Assembly (NCBI RefSeq): GCF_009914755.1
Contig: NC_060928.1
DNA length: 64,000 nucleotides
Origin: the human T2T-CHM13v2.0 reference genome, Homo sapiens
Strand: one strand, 5' to 3'
The notes under the pieces are model-generated. The model searched no databases, was not told the DNA's origin, and saw nothing but the letters and a program-made list of their open reading frames with translations. Below are positions 11,761-25,092 of this stretch, in pieces. Each line of letters starts with the position of its first letter. Within the stretch, counting starts at the first letter, position 1. The translations under genes and the position numbers were made by a program.

Positions 11761-12015
11761 CTTTCATTCCTTCTCTTATTTGTTGGACTCAAACAATAAC
11801 AATACTAAAAACTTTACGTCCTGGCAACCACTAGACTTCCTGCAGCATCTATCCGACAAATTGAAAAGATTGTTCAGAATGAAAAGGAGTATTTTGCACA
11901 TGCAACAAATCTTCCTATTTTCAATGAGTTTCCAGTCATCATGGCCACGTGGCCTTGTAGACTTCTATAGAATGTGGCATCACGCGATTGAATAGCTGCA
12001 GCCTTGCTAAGACAA

Positions 12016-12312
12016 CAGGGCGGACAAACCTCTGTCTGTTTTTGTGTGGCAAGAACAGTTATTACACTTAAATGGCTGCAGAAAAATATCAAAAGAAAAA
12101 TGGTATTTCTTCATGAGTGAAAGTTAGTTGAAATCAAATTTCAATGCCTATTCATAAAGTTTTGTGGGAACACAATCATGCCCATTTGTTGGGGGTATTG
12201 CTTATGGTCGCTTTCTTGCAGGGTTGAATATTTGGAACAGAGACAGTATGGCTGGCAAATCCTATGCTATTGATTGTCTTGCCCTTTACAGAAAAAAGTT
12301 TGCTGACCTCTG
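12016..12312. mobile_element. MER58B-like hAT-Charlie MITE
   Basis: Terminal inverted repeats cagggcggacaaac / gtttgctgacctctg; gccctttacagaaaaaagtttg. Confidence 0.85.
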
Positions 12313-12661
12313 CACTAGAGGGATATGGATTTTTTAACTGGCTCAGCCTAAATTTACCAGAGACTTGTTCAAGGGCCCATCTTGTGTTTCCAATAGATTG
12401 AATTTATATTCACCCTCTGAGGAAAGATGTGTGGCTGTAGACGTCTCTGCTTGCTCCTGGGCTTTCCTTCTCCACCCTACTTTATATTATGGGGGTGTGT
12501 GTGTGATAATCACAGCCCAAAGGAAATGACTGACTGGCTGGGACCACATCACGATCCAGCAGAGAAGGTAGGGCCATGTGCAAATCAGCTGCCTATGAGT
12601 GTAGTGGGGCCATCTTTAATGGGGGCCCTTAGATATTCAAGAAAACCCAAGTTCTTTTCTC

Positions 12662-12716
12662 CTTCCTTAAAGGGACTCTGCTTCCTTAAAGGGACTCTGC
12701 TTCCTTAAAGGGACTC
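12662..12716. repeat. Perfect 19-bp tandem repeat, ~2.9 copies
   Basis: Unit cttccttaaagggactctg. Confidence 0.95.
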
Positions 12717-12871
12717 ACACCTCTCAGAAGAATAATTAAGCAAAGACCTTTGTCTACATTATCTGAGTGCACCTTCAATAGGTCTTGTTGTTGTACACTG
12801 TTCTCTATCAGCCTGTCCTTCCCTTTGCCATTGCACACCCACACACAGAATTATGACTCTTTACTTCTCTA

Positions 12872-12985
12872 TATCTTCTAGACAGTGAGTTCCTTGAGGG
12901 CAGGTTTTTTATATCTCTGTATTATCAGTACCTGGCAAAGGCAAGGCGCATGGTAGACGCACACAAAATGTCCAAAGAACCAACA
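12872..12985 (+). mobile_element. L2 3' end fragment
   Basis: ctagacagtgagttccttgagggcagg...cagtacctggca. Confidence 0.65.
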
Positions 12986-13110
12986 AAGTCTACCATGCTT
13001 CTCACACAGAGTTACAAATTTTGGGGGGTCCAGGGTGATGTGTGATAAGAAGAACCTACATTATTAATTCACAGATTAAGCATGATGTGGCTTTCTGGGT
13101 ATTGATTGTA

Positions 13111-13333
13111 CAGGTTGAGCATCCCAAATCCAAAATGTTCCAAAACTTGAAATATTTTGAGTGCCAACATGGCGATCAAAGCAAATGCTGTTTAGGGCAT
13201 TTCGGACTTGGAATATTCAGATTTGGGATGCTTAACTGGGTAAGTATAAATTGAAAATTCTGAAATCTGGGGAAAAATTGAAATCTAAAACATTTCTAGT
13301 TATAAGCATTTCGGATAAAGGATACTCAAGCTA
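13111..13333. mobile_element. Tigger4a (MER46A/Zombi)-like TcMar MITE
   Basis: TA followed by caggttgagcatccc; other end ggatactcaagcta. Confidence 0.85.
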
Positions 13334-14940
13334 TGCTTGAAGATCTATAATAAAAATCATAATTTTTATATCTGAACAGCATGACTGGATCATAGGGTAA
13401 AAACTCAGAATGCTTAAAAATGTAGCACAGACTTCAAAGAACTTGATGTGCTTCAAAGATCATGACCATTTTGAGCTCTGCCTCAGATCCCTGGAGTGGA
13501 GAGAAGGGGGTAGGTTCAAATTCATTCTCTCCTGCAGTTGGAGGTCTTCAGGTGAAATTGTTGGAAAAGGACTAAAGTACTACATTTCTGCAAGTCCTGA
13601 ACATAGCACTATTACCAGTGGGGTTTTGGCAGTTAGGTCAAGCCTCTTGGTCTATGCAGGAAGCAAGAAAGTGGAAGAGAAAGATCCTTGAAAGGACAAG
13701 GCCAACTCTAGTCTATACTCACAGATGCACCATGTGCTTTGTCAGAGAGCCTCCAAGGAGTCCTTTGAGAATCTGCTAAAAGTTATAGACTCTTCAAGAA
13801 GTTGCACTGTCTACCATGGTGTAGAAGGATGCAACTTTAACTTAATGTTTGTTATAATCTTCTTTACTGCTGAGCGGGGGAACTTAATTTCAACCAGTTT
13901 TAGGTTATTCTCTGACAGTGCGACTAAAGCCTTAGTAACATGGGGAAGGGTGAAAAGTGAGTTCATGCTTAATGAGGCATATGGTCTGAGTTGTTATCTT
14001 TGTTGGCATTGTCTTCCACTCCATGTGGTTGTCAGTATTTTTTTCAGCAAGTCACTCCTAAGCAGTTCCTTACTCCTGTCTATTCTTCTCTCTTTCTGCT
14101 AATATCCTTGTTCCTTTTTAGTTGTTTTTGTTCCTCAACTCATGCACTGGGCTACTAGAATCTGGATGGAGCAAGCTATAGTTGTTCCCCACTTCTCTGT
14201 TAGTCTTGCGGCCCATTGGGGGTCATGCAACATACATCAAACTTTTGCATACTGTTCTCCTGTGCCCATGGAATTCTCAGGTTATTAACCTCTGTCCAAG
14301 TCAAAATCTAAAAAAGGGGGTCTACTATTTTCAGAGTGAGTGGAGGTGAGGAAGAAAGGATAAAATGAACCGGGAGGTTTTCTCCTGTTTGAGCTGCCAG
14401 TGAAGGGGAGGGGAGAGGAGCAAGTGGGTGCCAGGTTATAGAACATCACTAGCAGCAGGCAACAGCCATCACCCAATCACAGCCACGTGCCTACTGCACT
14501 GTGTAATTCTATAGCTCTTTTGACTGGGCTTACAGGCACGCTCTCTCTGAGTGCTATTGATTTCTTGGGGAAAGGAGATCAAAAACAAGCGTTATACTTG
14601 GTGTCGTGTGTTTTCTAGGGGAAGTAAATAGATTAGCCAAAATGGACAGACAACATCAGGGCAAAAAGAGAGGAGGCTCCCTGGAAGTGCCTGCCCTGAA
14701 ATGGGATCTCTTGAAATGATCCACAGGGGAAAAAAATAATTAGGCAGGGCAAGAATTTGTCTTGTACACAGATCAAATGTCACATTTCATTCCATCTCAG
14801 CTTTGTGTCCTGGGACTCAACTCTCTCTCTATTGGGTTTCTGTTTGATAGTAGCAGCTCTGCTTTCCTGAATCTCAACCATTCTCAGCTCCCAAGCTGCT
14901 GGGACCAATCGTCACTTTGTGCTTCTGCATGTTGCTCTAT

Positions 14941-15151
14941 GGTAGCACTGTTCAATAAAACTTTTTGTGATGATGAAAATGTGTTATGTCTCTGTTGTTG
15001 AATACAGTAGCCACTGGCCTCATGTGGCTTTTGAGCTTATGAATTGGAGCTGGTATAACTGAGGAACTGGATTTTTCATTTTATTCAATTTTAGTGAATT
15101 TAAATTTAAACAGCCACATGTGGCTGTTTGCTATCATTCTAGACAGTGCAG
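14941..15151. mobile_element. MER3 hAT-Charlie MITE
   Basis: gcactgttcaata...gtgatgatgaaaatg...tagccact...agccacatgtggct...gacagtgcag. Confidence 0.85.
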
Positions 15152-15159
15152 TTTTAGAC

Positions 15160-15325
15160 TCTTGCAATACAAAAGTGTGAATCAGTAGCATCTGTACCAC
15201 CTGGGTTTGGGAAGTTGTTAAAAATATAGTGTCTTGTGTCTCACCCCATACCTTCTTAACTAGAGTCTACATTTTAACAAGAATTCTAAGTATAAGGGTG
15301 TGCATTAAAGTTTGAGCAACAGTGC
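15160..15325. mobile_element. MER5A-like MITE
   Basis: aaagtgtg...agcatc...cacctggg...cattttaacaag...taaagtttgag. Confidence 0.7.
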
Positions 15326-15361
15326 TTGAAATGACGAGGTCTCAGGAGAACACATGACATC

Positions 15362-15741
15362 TGTTGGGGTTACCTAGGTTATACCATGGTAACAGACAAG
15401 TCCAAAATCCTGGTGACTTAAAATAAACAAGTTTTATTTTTCACAAATGCTTCTTGTCTATCATGGCTCAGAAGGAGATCTATTCTACATCATTCTCACT
15501 CTGGGTCCCAGACTAATGGACCAATACTCTGTAGATCATTCTTTGTTGCCATGGGAGAAGGGAAAACAGGCAGTGTGGTGAAACCTGTCATTCCTACTGA
15601 CATTTCATTAGCCAAATGAAGTAACATGACCACACCTAAATCTAAGGAGGCAAGGAGGTGCAATCCTACCCTATGCCCAAGAGAGGAAGAAACAGAATAT
15701 TTGGAGAATTTATTTGGTGAAGAGCACTAATGACTGCCACA
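15362..15741 (-). mobile_element. MLT1K/L-like solo LTR
   Basis: TG...CA ends; acatttcattagccaaa...catgaccacacctaa...gcactaatgactgccaca. Confidence 0.75.
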
Positions 15742-15969
15742 CACAGCAAGCCTAATTAGAACTTTTTAAAAAAAAATAGCTAATTCTCAGAGCATCATCA
15801 CCTCAAGTTTTAACGTACAATAGTCTTCTGATTGGTGCCTCTGCCATCCTTTATTCCTTCACATTGCTACCATATTAATCCTCCTAAGGCATAGCTCAGA
15901 GGATGCCATTTTTCTGCTCAAACCCTCCCATGATACCTCACTGCCCACCAAGTTAAGTAACCTCCTTTT

Positions 15970-16165
15970 AGCATGATGTAGTAGAAAGAATGCTACTAAT
16001 TTATCTGTGCAACCTAGGACTATGTTGCTTAAATTATCTGAATCTCAATTTTCTCATTATTTAAGTTGGAGATAAAAATATCTTCCTGCAAGGGCTGGTC
16101 TGAGTCTTAAATGAAATAATGTCCATTAGAGTCCCTAGGGTAGCAGACATTTAGTAACTGAGAGC
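15970..16165 (+). mobile_element. MIR, embedded among L2 fragments (~15790-17000)
   Basis: gcatgatgtagtagaaagaatgc...ctgaatctcaattttctcatt...taaatgaaataatg. Confidence 0.7.
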
Positions 16166-17222
16166 AGTACCATTCTCTTGAGCTCCTAGAGCATACTGTG
16201 CATATCAATACCATAATATTTACCAAAGTCATATTGAAATGACATATCACATGTCTGTTTGTCCTAGTAGACTTGAATTCCTTAAGGGTAGAGTTTATGC
16301 CTTTGACTTTGTCACTACTGTATTTAGCACAAGGCCCTGCAACATTTAGCTTATTAAATGTTTTAAACTTTACATCATTAGTCAAGCATGTAGAGCTCTC
16401 CCTAGCAAGATGGCCTTAAGTGTGTATACTGCGTGATAACCAAGCTGGACCATTTGCTGCCCATTGAATGAACAACACATTTCTCACATCTCTGCCTTTG
16501 CTCATGGTGTGTCTTTTACACTTTTTTCCTTCCTCTACCTAAGACTTTCAAATGGTTACTTATCACTTAAGCTCATCTAAAATGGCACCTCTGCAACTAA
16601 CATTTTCTGATTTCTGCACCTGAAAACAACATCTCCATTATGTGAACATCCATAGTGTTCAGAAGAGACTTCACACTGAAGGTGATGACTTGGGATTTCT
16701 CTGGGAAAGTGATGATCAGGGATTTCTATTGGGAAGACAAGGTTGAAGACAAAAGACAGGGAGGACATTTCAGAGTGACCAAGGTGGGCTTACACATCTA
16801 CAGAGAGCTAAAGTGTGGGGGAGGTGGGGAAAGAAGGCAGGAATGAGAGGGACAGGCAGGGCCTTAAGGAGACTGGCCTTATAGGCCATGGTGAGGACCT
16901 TGACCTTTAATCTGAGCAGTGGAGTTGGCAGTAAGCAGGGACATGATATGACTACTTTTGTGACTTAGAAGAACCAGTTTATTGAGAATGAGGGTCTGAT
17001 ATGAAAAGACATACTTAATCATCGAGCTCTAATTGTCTATGTTGAGCCAATTAGTGTTCTCTCTGTTTTCTGATCACATTTTGGCCTGCCCAATTCCTCT
17101 TCTTTATTTATGCCACTTATTTGTTCTAATTATCTACCTATCATTTGAAGACATTTGCATTTTCAACTCCTTTCCTAGGCCTGCATTCCAAGTAAGTATT
17201 ATCTCCTGATAGCTCAAATGTC

Positions 17223-17770
17223 TGTCAGTTAAGGATTGCATTTTGCTCTTTACTACAAAGACATTTCTCTGAATAGTGACTTCAGTAAAATAGAAGCTTA
17301 TTTCTCTCCAATATATGCTTGGAGGTAGGTTTAATGATTTTACCATTTCATCAGGGACTAAGGTTTCTATCTTTGGCCTACAGCATTTATTCTCAAGATT
17401 ATCTGGTACAAAATGGCTCCTAGCTTCCTTTGGCCTACAGCATTTATTCTCAAGATTATCTGGTACAAAATGGCTCCTAGCTTCCTACCATCACATCTTC
17501 ATTCCAAGCTGTAGGATGGAGGAAGAAAATAATGCATGCTTTCTATGAGTTCTAGATAATGCATTTACTTATAATCATTGGCAAATACTCAGTTACAGTG
17601 CTGCAATGGAGGTGGGAAATATATATTTTTATTCTAAGTGACAGTGTGCCCAGCTAAAATTTAAGATTTCGATTTGTTTTATTTTGTTTTAAATAGCAAG
17701 AAAGAATAAGAAACTGGCAGCCTCTACTATGAGACTTATGAGAGTAGAAAACTGACAGCCTCTGCTGTAG
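17223..17770 (-). mobile_element. MLT1J-like LTR containing a perfect 57-bp tandem duplication
   Basis: tgtcagttaaggattgc...ttatttctctc...cattggcaaatactcag...gtgcccagctaaaa. Confidence 0.7.
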
Positions 17771-18799
17771 TATATGACTCCAGACTTCATTCTGATGCTT
17801 TTTTAAAGAAACTTTATGATTCCATTAGTGCATTTTGTCAAGAGTTCCATCCTACCAAGTCCTATCACTATGTAGTTCTTGTATTTAATGTGAATTTCAA
17901 TTTATGTATTATTTACATTGTGTGCCTTGATAGATGCTCATCTGATTGTCCAAATTTGACAATTCTTGGTCAGATTCCATCCTTCTTAATCTTTTAATAC
18001 TCCAGCTCAATGAGAGGGAGAAGAACCAGAAACTACTGGGCAAGCTGAATGCAGAACCTCAAACATACTTGAACAGGCATGCTTTAGTTGATGCCCATCT
18101 AGATGAGGAAAACATTCCTTTCTTTGCACAAATTTATTGTCCCCTAAGTGCCCTTGTTTGGGTTGTTTGCTGTCAACCTGGTACCCCTACACCTTCTTCC
18201 TAGGGTTTCCTCTGCATTGTGGAAAAAGAATCAAAAACAGGATTTATCCATGTCCCCTTTCCTATACTGCTCCAGTTGCAAAAGAAATAATGCTTGTAAA
18301 TGTGAAGGGCTACCCCAGTCAAGGGTCATACTCTCAAATACCTGCAGGGGTTAACCCAGTGACATAAATAAATGAAATAGACCAGGATGAATGGGAATTG
18401 TGTGTCCAATGTAAATGGGAATCCTCAACTTACTGTATTTGTTAATGTTTGGGAGTGAAATCAGATGTCTCTATTTTTGAAGAATACTTAAAAAATAGAT
18501 TTTTGGGGGATGGGAGGGAATGTCAGGATTTTAAAGTGATGACAGAACTAGTTTAACTCTTAAAAGACCAAGCAAAACACATTTGCTCATTTGTGGGTCT
18601 CCTTGAATGACCTTTGAGTTACACAGATACCAATTCTCATTATTTGTAATGAAAGTTGAAAGCTATTGTTTTTAGCTTTCCTGCGAGCTTGCTATCTCCT
18701 TGCTTTTGCTAACATGCCTTTCCCCTTGACCAGTGTCTGGCCTATCTTAGTCCCCTATCTAATAGTAAATATTTGACTTCAGTAGAGCTCATCATGTTC

Positions 18800-19142
18800 T
18801 TTCTAGGAATCTGTATGTGGACCATGGGGAAAGTAGGCTATCCTTACTGACTTGTATTGCTCAGTGGGTCTGGTGTAGGCCTGAAGATGACAAGATGGTG
18901 GAACTGCATCTATAATGGCAGAGAATGAGGCCAAAAAGCAAAGGCAAGCAGAAGTAAAGGAGATTGGGAGAGTCAAGGCAGCACTCAGCCCACCCACAGT
19001 CTTAAAACTCTTCTTGGAATCCTGTGAGTTAATAAAATATTCTCCTGAGCCCTAGGAGCCAGTCAATTCCCTTTTAGTTTGCTCATGCTAATTTGAGCTG
19101 GCTTTGTTTCAATAGCACCCAACCAAAAAGACTACAACTACA
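18800..19142 (+). mobile_element. MLT1J-like LTR fragment
   Basis: gagaatgaggccaa...tgtgagttaataaa...tttgagctggctttg...caaccaaaaag. Confidence 0.6.
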
Positions 19143-19211
19143 AGTAGTAATAACAGTATTAGTAGAACTAAAACTTGATTATCCATCAATTCCTTTAGAA
19201 AGAAGGCAAAA

Positions 19212-19530
19212 AGGCTGGGCGTGGTGGCTCATGCCTGTACTCTCAGAATTTGGGGGGGCTGAGGTGGGCGGATCATGAGGTCAGGAGTTCCAGACCAGCC
19301 TGACCAACATGGTGAAACCCCGTCTCTACTAAAAATACAAAATATATTAGCCATGCATGGTGGTGCTTGCCTGTAATCCCAGCTACTCAGGAGGCTGAAG
19401 CAGGAGAATTGCTTGAACCCAGGAGGTGGAGGTTACAGTGAGCTGAGATTGCACTAGTGCCCTCCAGCCTGGGCAAGAGAGTGAGACTCTATCAAAAAAA
19501 AAAAAAAAAAAAAGAAAGAAAGAAAGAAAC
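19212..19530 (+). mobile_element. AluS (Sg-like)
   Basis: ggatcatgaggtcaggag 2-bp deletion type; A and (GAAA)n tail; approximate target-site duplication agaaa(g/c)aaggcaaaa. Confidence 0.95.
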
Positions 19531-21239
19531 AAGGCAAAAGAAGTAAATTTTTGTATTCCAAAGAATTTTCCTTGGACTACAATTTTTTTCAAAGGGTTTA
19601 AGAACTGTAGTAAGAGAGTTGGTATTTGGACTAGTGGAATGATAAGTATAAAATGAGACTTTTTATCTTATTAGGCACTGGTCCCTCATATGTTCTCTCC
19701 AGTCCATCATCTCTTCATGACTCTTGTTAGAAAATTTTCCATTGTGTGAACAGTTCCATAGATTTTTATTCTCCCATAAGAGAAACCAAGAGAACAGGTC
19801 TGGAAGAAAAGATTCAGTAGGTGCTGCATTATGTGTCTGGGATAAGTACCAATTTGATGAGAAAATGAAAAATAATTTCTCAAACAGCACTTTCTGAGAT
19901 GTCATGTGTGATGTATACAACTAAATAGGTATATTTGTCTTTTGCTAAATATAACTTAATAGCTCTTAAAACTAAGCTATGAAGGGAGAATGAGAAGATG
20001 TAGAATAATATGTGGGATTCATATTTGAGAGAATATAAAGGCAAAACATAATAAAAAGTGGAAATGCCTCTCACTTAGTATAATAGGAGATTATCTAGGC
20101 CTGGGAGGTTTAGAGAAATGATACAGTGGTAAGAAAAACTATACATTAACTTCATGACACTTCATAGGGAAGTCGTGATTTCTGAACATGTGCAGTTACT
20201 TTTACTATAAATACTATCAGAGTGATCAGAGATTTGATAGAGGAAAACATCTTCCCCAGACATAAGCGAGCATCTCCCTGGGAGCACAGTTTCCAAATGG
20301 TCTTCAATGATGGCTGCACTCTCCTTAGACATTCTTTAGGATGTCTCAAGTGCCTTCTCCATTCAAGCCCGTGACTTCTTGAAGTCTTTAGACGTCACTG
20401 GATTTGGAAACTTGGGTGTCAAAACAGAGCTGAACCAGTACATTCTGTGGGTGCTTGGGTTAAAACTAAACCTCTCAAGATACAGCACCCTAATTAGGAT
20501 TGTTTTTGTGAAATTGGTCACGTTAATCTCTGTCTCAGTTAATTATGCAATAACATTTACATGCCTGGAGGCCAATTTACAATTCTTGCTCAGACTTCCC
20601 TGAAAATGTGCCACTATGCTCTGAAAACAGTGCCAAGACATTAATTGTAAATCAATTATTTTTGAAGTGGGGGTGCTGTTATAATTCCTAGTCTGGTTTT
20701 CCCACACATTAGAATATAAGAAGTAGTCCCTGCCATTCTACCCATCCCATGATACTAGACAAAATTTTGTATTAAAATTTCAAATTTTACCTGACTTCCC
20801 TCCTGAAAAAGTTCCTGTATCTTCTCCAGTCTTCACATTATGGAGGTCTACTGGCAATGTGTTGGATTAGATATAATCTTGAGACATATTCTAAACTCTT
20901 CCCCTGGTCCAAGAATAACTATGCTTAAATAATCCCAAAAGGTTGTTGGTTATGTTATTAATTTTTTCTAAAAGGAGAAGTTCCACAAGTTTTATGATAA
21001 TATATTTTAATTTATCATAACCTTGAGATTCAGAGGATCACTGAGTCTGGGAGGAGAAGAATTTTTAGCTCATTTATTCAAGGCTTCAATCTGAGGCAGA
21101 AATCTCTTCTTCCATGTCTTTTATGCTTTCATCTAGTTGGGAAATACTTATTTAGTGTTTAGGATGAGTGGGGGAGTGTGCCAAGTTTTGCCAGAGACCC
21201 TAAGGTAAGATAAGCTCTGATAATTAGGGATTATAGTCT

Positions 21240-22540
21240 CATAGCAATTATGCTTCACATTTGTAAGTATATTAGCAGATGAACAGGGATGGATAGCATA
21301 GTAGAACTAGAAATAGATGGAATGCTAAAGGAGTTTCAGGGTGGGAGAGATTTATTTTGGCTGATAAAATTAAAAAGTATAGAGGAAGTGGCTTTTCAGC
21401 TGAGGCTCAAAGAAGTGGAGTAAGGTTTGAACTTACAGGGATGGGAGAGAAGAAAATTCCACATGGAGGGATCATGTGTGAAAATAAAGAAGTTAGGTGT
21501 GGTTTCATCATCAAACATGATTAGAAGGGTAACTTGTTGGAATCATGGTTAGAAGGTTACATATAGAGAGGTGGTTTTCTACCAGGTCATTGAGTCATTT
21601 GAAAGGCAGCCAAAATATGTTGTATGCTAGTCTGCAGGAGCAGAGGAGCCTCTGCCTATTTTCAAGCAAGGAAATGGCATGACCAAATTGTATTAGAGGA
21701 AGATGGCTGGGGTCCAGGGAGGGTACTAAATGTCAGGTGGATTGGTGAGCAAGGAGACTAGAGTCAGGGAACAAGCTAGAGTTTATTACATGGTTCAGGT
21801 AAGGGGTAATTAGAGATGAAACTAGAAAAGTAGCTAGAGTAACCGTAAGAAGGGGATAGGTGTTCAACATATGGGATTTAATGACTGAGTAATTGTGGAG
21901 GGCAAGGGAAAGCAAGAGACAGAAGTTACCTTAGCAGTTTTTATCCAAGTACATGGGAAAGTGGTTATGCTGAGGAGGAATAAAAAGTTTGGTGGAGGTA
22001 ATGGTGGAAGTTGATATAGTATGCATGAGAATCTGGAAGCATATCAAGGTGAAGATGTCCAGGAAACAATGGAAGATATGAGAATGAAATTAGGTAAAAG
22101 TATCAGCGGTATAAGCAAAGACTTCAAAATCACTCATGTAGAAATGGCATTCAAAGCCATAAAAGGACAAGAGGTCACCCAAGAAGTGTAGGGTATAGAA
22201 AGGAAGAAAAGAGGGACAAAGCCAGATTTGGTTGAAGGAACTCATACATTTAGGAGGAAGTGGGAGCTCCAAGAAGAGTGACTATGACATAGACAAGGAA
22301 CAGTTACAGAGGAAGGAAGATAATCAGGAATATAATATATAGGGTAATGAAACACAAGTGAGGTGAGAGCTTCATGAACCAGGGCTTGTGCTCAGTCTGA
22401 ATTGTCCCAGGAAGATCAACAAAGCTAAAGTTGGGGAGAAATCCAGTAACTGTTAGATAAAGTAGCTATATGGTCATTTCAGAGAACCCTTTTTGGAAAG
22501 TGTTATTGCTATAAATCTGATTGTAAGGTCTTAAGGAAAT
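21240..22540 (-). mobile_element. Long L2 fragment including decayed reverse transcriptase region
   Basis: Purine-rich antisense L2 text; ORF 22090-22272 (LCPSFLPFYTLHFLGDLLSFYGFECHFYMSD) is a decayed form of the L2 RT segment around YADD. Confidence 0.8.
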
Positions 22541-23611
22541 AGTCGAGATATCTGTTCAAGATGGGGCAATGAGCTCATGCTTTTTTTCCCCCAGGGATAT
22601 AATAATAGATTTCTAAAAAGTAAGAAAAGACTTAGTGAGAGGTTCTAAACACAAGGCCAGTAAAAACACACAATGTTGATGACAGTTGTAGCTCAAGCTT
22701 CTGGACTTTCTATTCTAAAGCAGGAGGTGGATCTGGGACCTTGGTTTCTGAAAATATGCTTCTTGTGTGGGAGAGAGCAGTGCTATGGCCACCGATGAAG
22801 GTTTCACAGTCTCCACCACTTGCCAAAGGAGACAGGAATAAAAAAATGTCTCATAATGTAGGATTGGCAATTGGCTTAAAAAATCTGTGGGCTGTGAGGT
22901 AGGGAAGAGTTTAGGAAGTGGAGGCGGGAGCAGAGGTTCAGGATGGACAGACACAGAAAGCCTTATGACTAAGAACTGGGTTCCAACTGCCATCTGGGTT
23001 TGTACCGCAATGACAAACATAGACAAGAAGTATATGAGTGTAAGCAGCTACAAAACCACATACACACATGGCAGTAAAACAAACACATTTTAAAACATCT
23101 ATTCACTCCAAATAAGTGTGTAAACAGAATTTTAAAACAGATGGAAAAAATGCTGAAAAGGACAAATGATCAAAATTTTAAAATCAGAACACAAATTTAC
23201 TCCCAATGAAATTATTTTGTAAACTAGTCTGACAAAGACTTTTGGATAGTGTATTTAAGACATTCCAAGTAAAAAAAAGAAACAGAATATACACCATCTA
23301 TTAAAAATGAACAAATGAGCTAAAGAAATACATGCAAAAAAACCTACCATATGATTGATTTTATAAAGTTTAAAATCAAGCAACTCTCATGTGGTTTTAG
23401 AAGTCAAAATAAGGATAGTGGATATTTTATAGAATGAGAAAGAGCATGAGTGTGAGTTGGCATAAGGAGGCGTTTGAGGCAATTTTGGGATGGTAATGAT
23501 ATTTTATTTGTGGATTAGGTTGTTATAATTTATTGACTTATATATACTTATGATTTATGCTCTTTTCTGAATGTATGTTATAATACAAAAAATATTTTAA
23601 AATGGGAAAAG

Positions 23612-23736
23612 AGCCAGGTGCGGTTGCACATCCCTGTAATCCCAGCACTGTGGGAGGCCAAGGCAGGTGGATTGCTTGAATCCAGTAGTTTGAGACCAGT
23701 CTGGGAAACACAGTGAGTCCCCATCTTTATAAAAAA
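23612..23736 (+). mobile_element. FLAM_C-like Alu monomer
   Basis: Single left-arm Alu with ggattgcttga...gagtccccatctttataaaaaa. Confidence 0.85.
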
Positions 23737-24019
23737 TTGTTGTTGATTAAAAAATTTTTAAAAAAGAAAAGAAATAGTGTAAGAACTAATGAAAAGAAAT
23801 AATGAAAAAACTAGGCAGAAACTAGAAAGAACAAGTGGCTTCATAAGTAAATCTTAGGAATTAAAAGTATAGTCATTAAACTGACTAAAAAGTAGAAAAT
23901 TATGTGGGGTTTTATGAGTTCCATAAATAACACTCCTCTCTACACCACTGTGTTTGAAACAAATTTTAAGATGGATTCAGAAGCCAAATAGACTGAGATT
24001 AAGAGTGAATTTCATTAGG

Positions 24020-24415
24020 TGGAAGAAGGCCACAATTATTATATTATTATATATATTATTATATAATATATAATATAATATATATATTATATTATATATA
24101 ATATATATATTATATTATATATAATATATATATTATATTATATAAAAATTATATTATTCCCTTTGTATGAAATGATCAGAATGGACAAATCCACAGAGAC
24201 AGGAATAGTTTAGTGGTTTCCAGGGGGCTAGGGGTGAGGTGTGATTGCTAATGGATAGGAGGTTTGATTGGGGGTACTGAAAATGTTCGAGAAGTAGATA
24301 GTGAAGATGGTTGCACTATTTTTTGGATATGCCACAATGAACAAATTAATTGTGTACTTTAAAGGGGTGAATATTGTGGTTTATGAGTTATATCTCAATT
24401 TTAAAAAGAGTAAAA
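24020..24415 (+). mobile_element. L1MB-type 3' end fragment
   Basis: aaggccaca...[AT tract]...attccctttgtatgaaatgatcagaatggacaaatccacagagacag...gagttatatctcaat. Confidence 0.8.
24034..24158. repeat. Pure A/T (TA/TTA) low-complexity tract
   Basis: ~125 bp containing only A and T. Confidence 0.95.
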
Positions 24416-25092
24416 AAGGAGTTTTGTCACTGATACAAAAACCGTTGGAGGACAATGCCAAACTCATGACAAACGAGTTTGCTGATGTTCCCTGCCTGCC
24501 CTATCTCTAGCTTACCCCTACCCAAGAAAAAGTTTAGGGTGATAGACACATTTAGAATTGCTGCCTCACACCAGTTCAGAATGTGGATAGAGAGATTGAA
24601 TCCCTAGCACTTACAGTCTTTTTAGTGGATTAGCCCCATCCAAAGAATGTAATATAAAGTTCAGGTCATCATCCACCTATCGGGTCAGAGGAGTAAGTAA
24701 GGGGTGGAGCAAAAAGAAAGTATGTGTTTATCCACTGATCTGTTGATGAACACTTAGGTTGATTCCATATCTTTGCTATTGTGAATAGTGCTGCAGTAAA
24801 CATGGGGGTGCAGGTTTCCCTTCGATATACTAATTTCCTTTCCTTTGGATAAATACTCAGTGTGTTACATATACAGAATGGAATACTATCCATCAATAAT
24901 AAAGAATGAAATTATGTCATTTGTAACATGTATAGAATTGGAAGTCATTATGTTAAGTGAAATAAGCCAGGCACAGAAAGACAACTATTACATGTTCTCA
25001 GTCATATGTGGGAGCTAAAAAAATTTGATCTCATGAAGAAAGTAGAATGATAGTTACCAATAGATGGAAAGGTTGTTTATGTATAGGGATGG

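Larger units (their letters stand above)
22555..24710 (+). mobile_element. Highly decayed old L1 (L1ME-type) 5' region interrupted by younger inserts
   Basis: aagatgg start, A-rich ORF1-like remnants; boundaries approximate. Confidence 0.4.

Noticed and set aside
11471-11995. 174-aa ORF over the CpG element
   Set aside because: Starts at TTG, stop-poor because GC-rich, and has no recognisable homology.
12662-12716. Short direct repeats as a CRISPR-like array (also 17371-17484 and 61506-61642)
   Set aside because: Head-to-tail repeats with no unique spacers, in eukaryotic DNA with no cas genes.
13725-14102. 125-aa ATG ORF in unique DNA
   Set aside because: No recognisable domain, low-complexity Leu/Ser tail, and length compatible with chance.
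19850-21000. Possible L3/CR1 remnants or conserved non-coding sequence
   Set aside because: Similarity too faint to call by eye; needs an HMM search.
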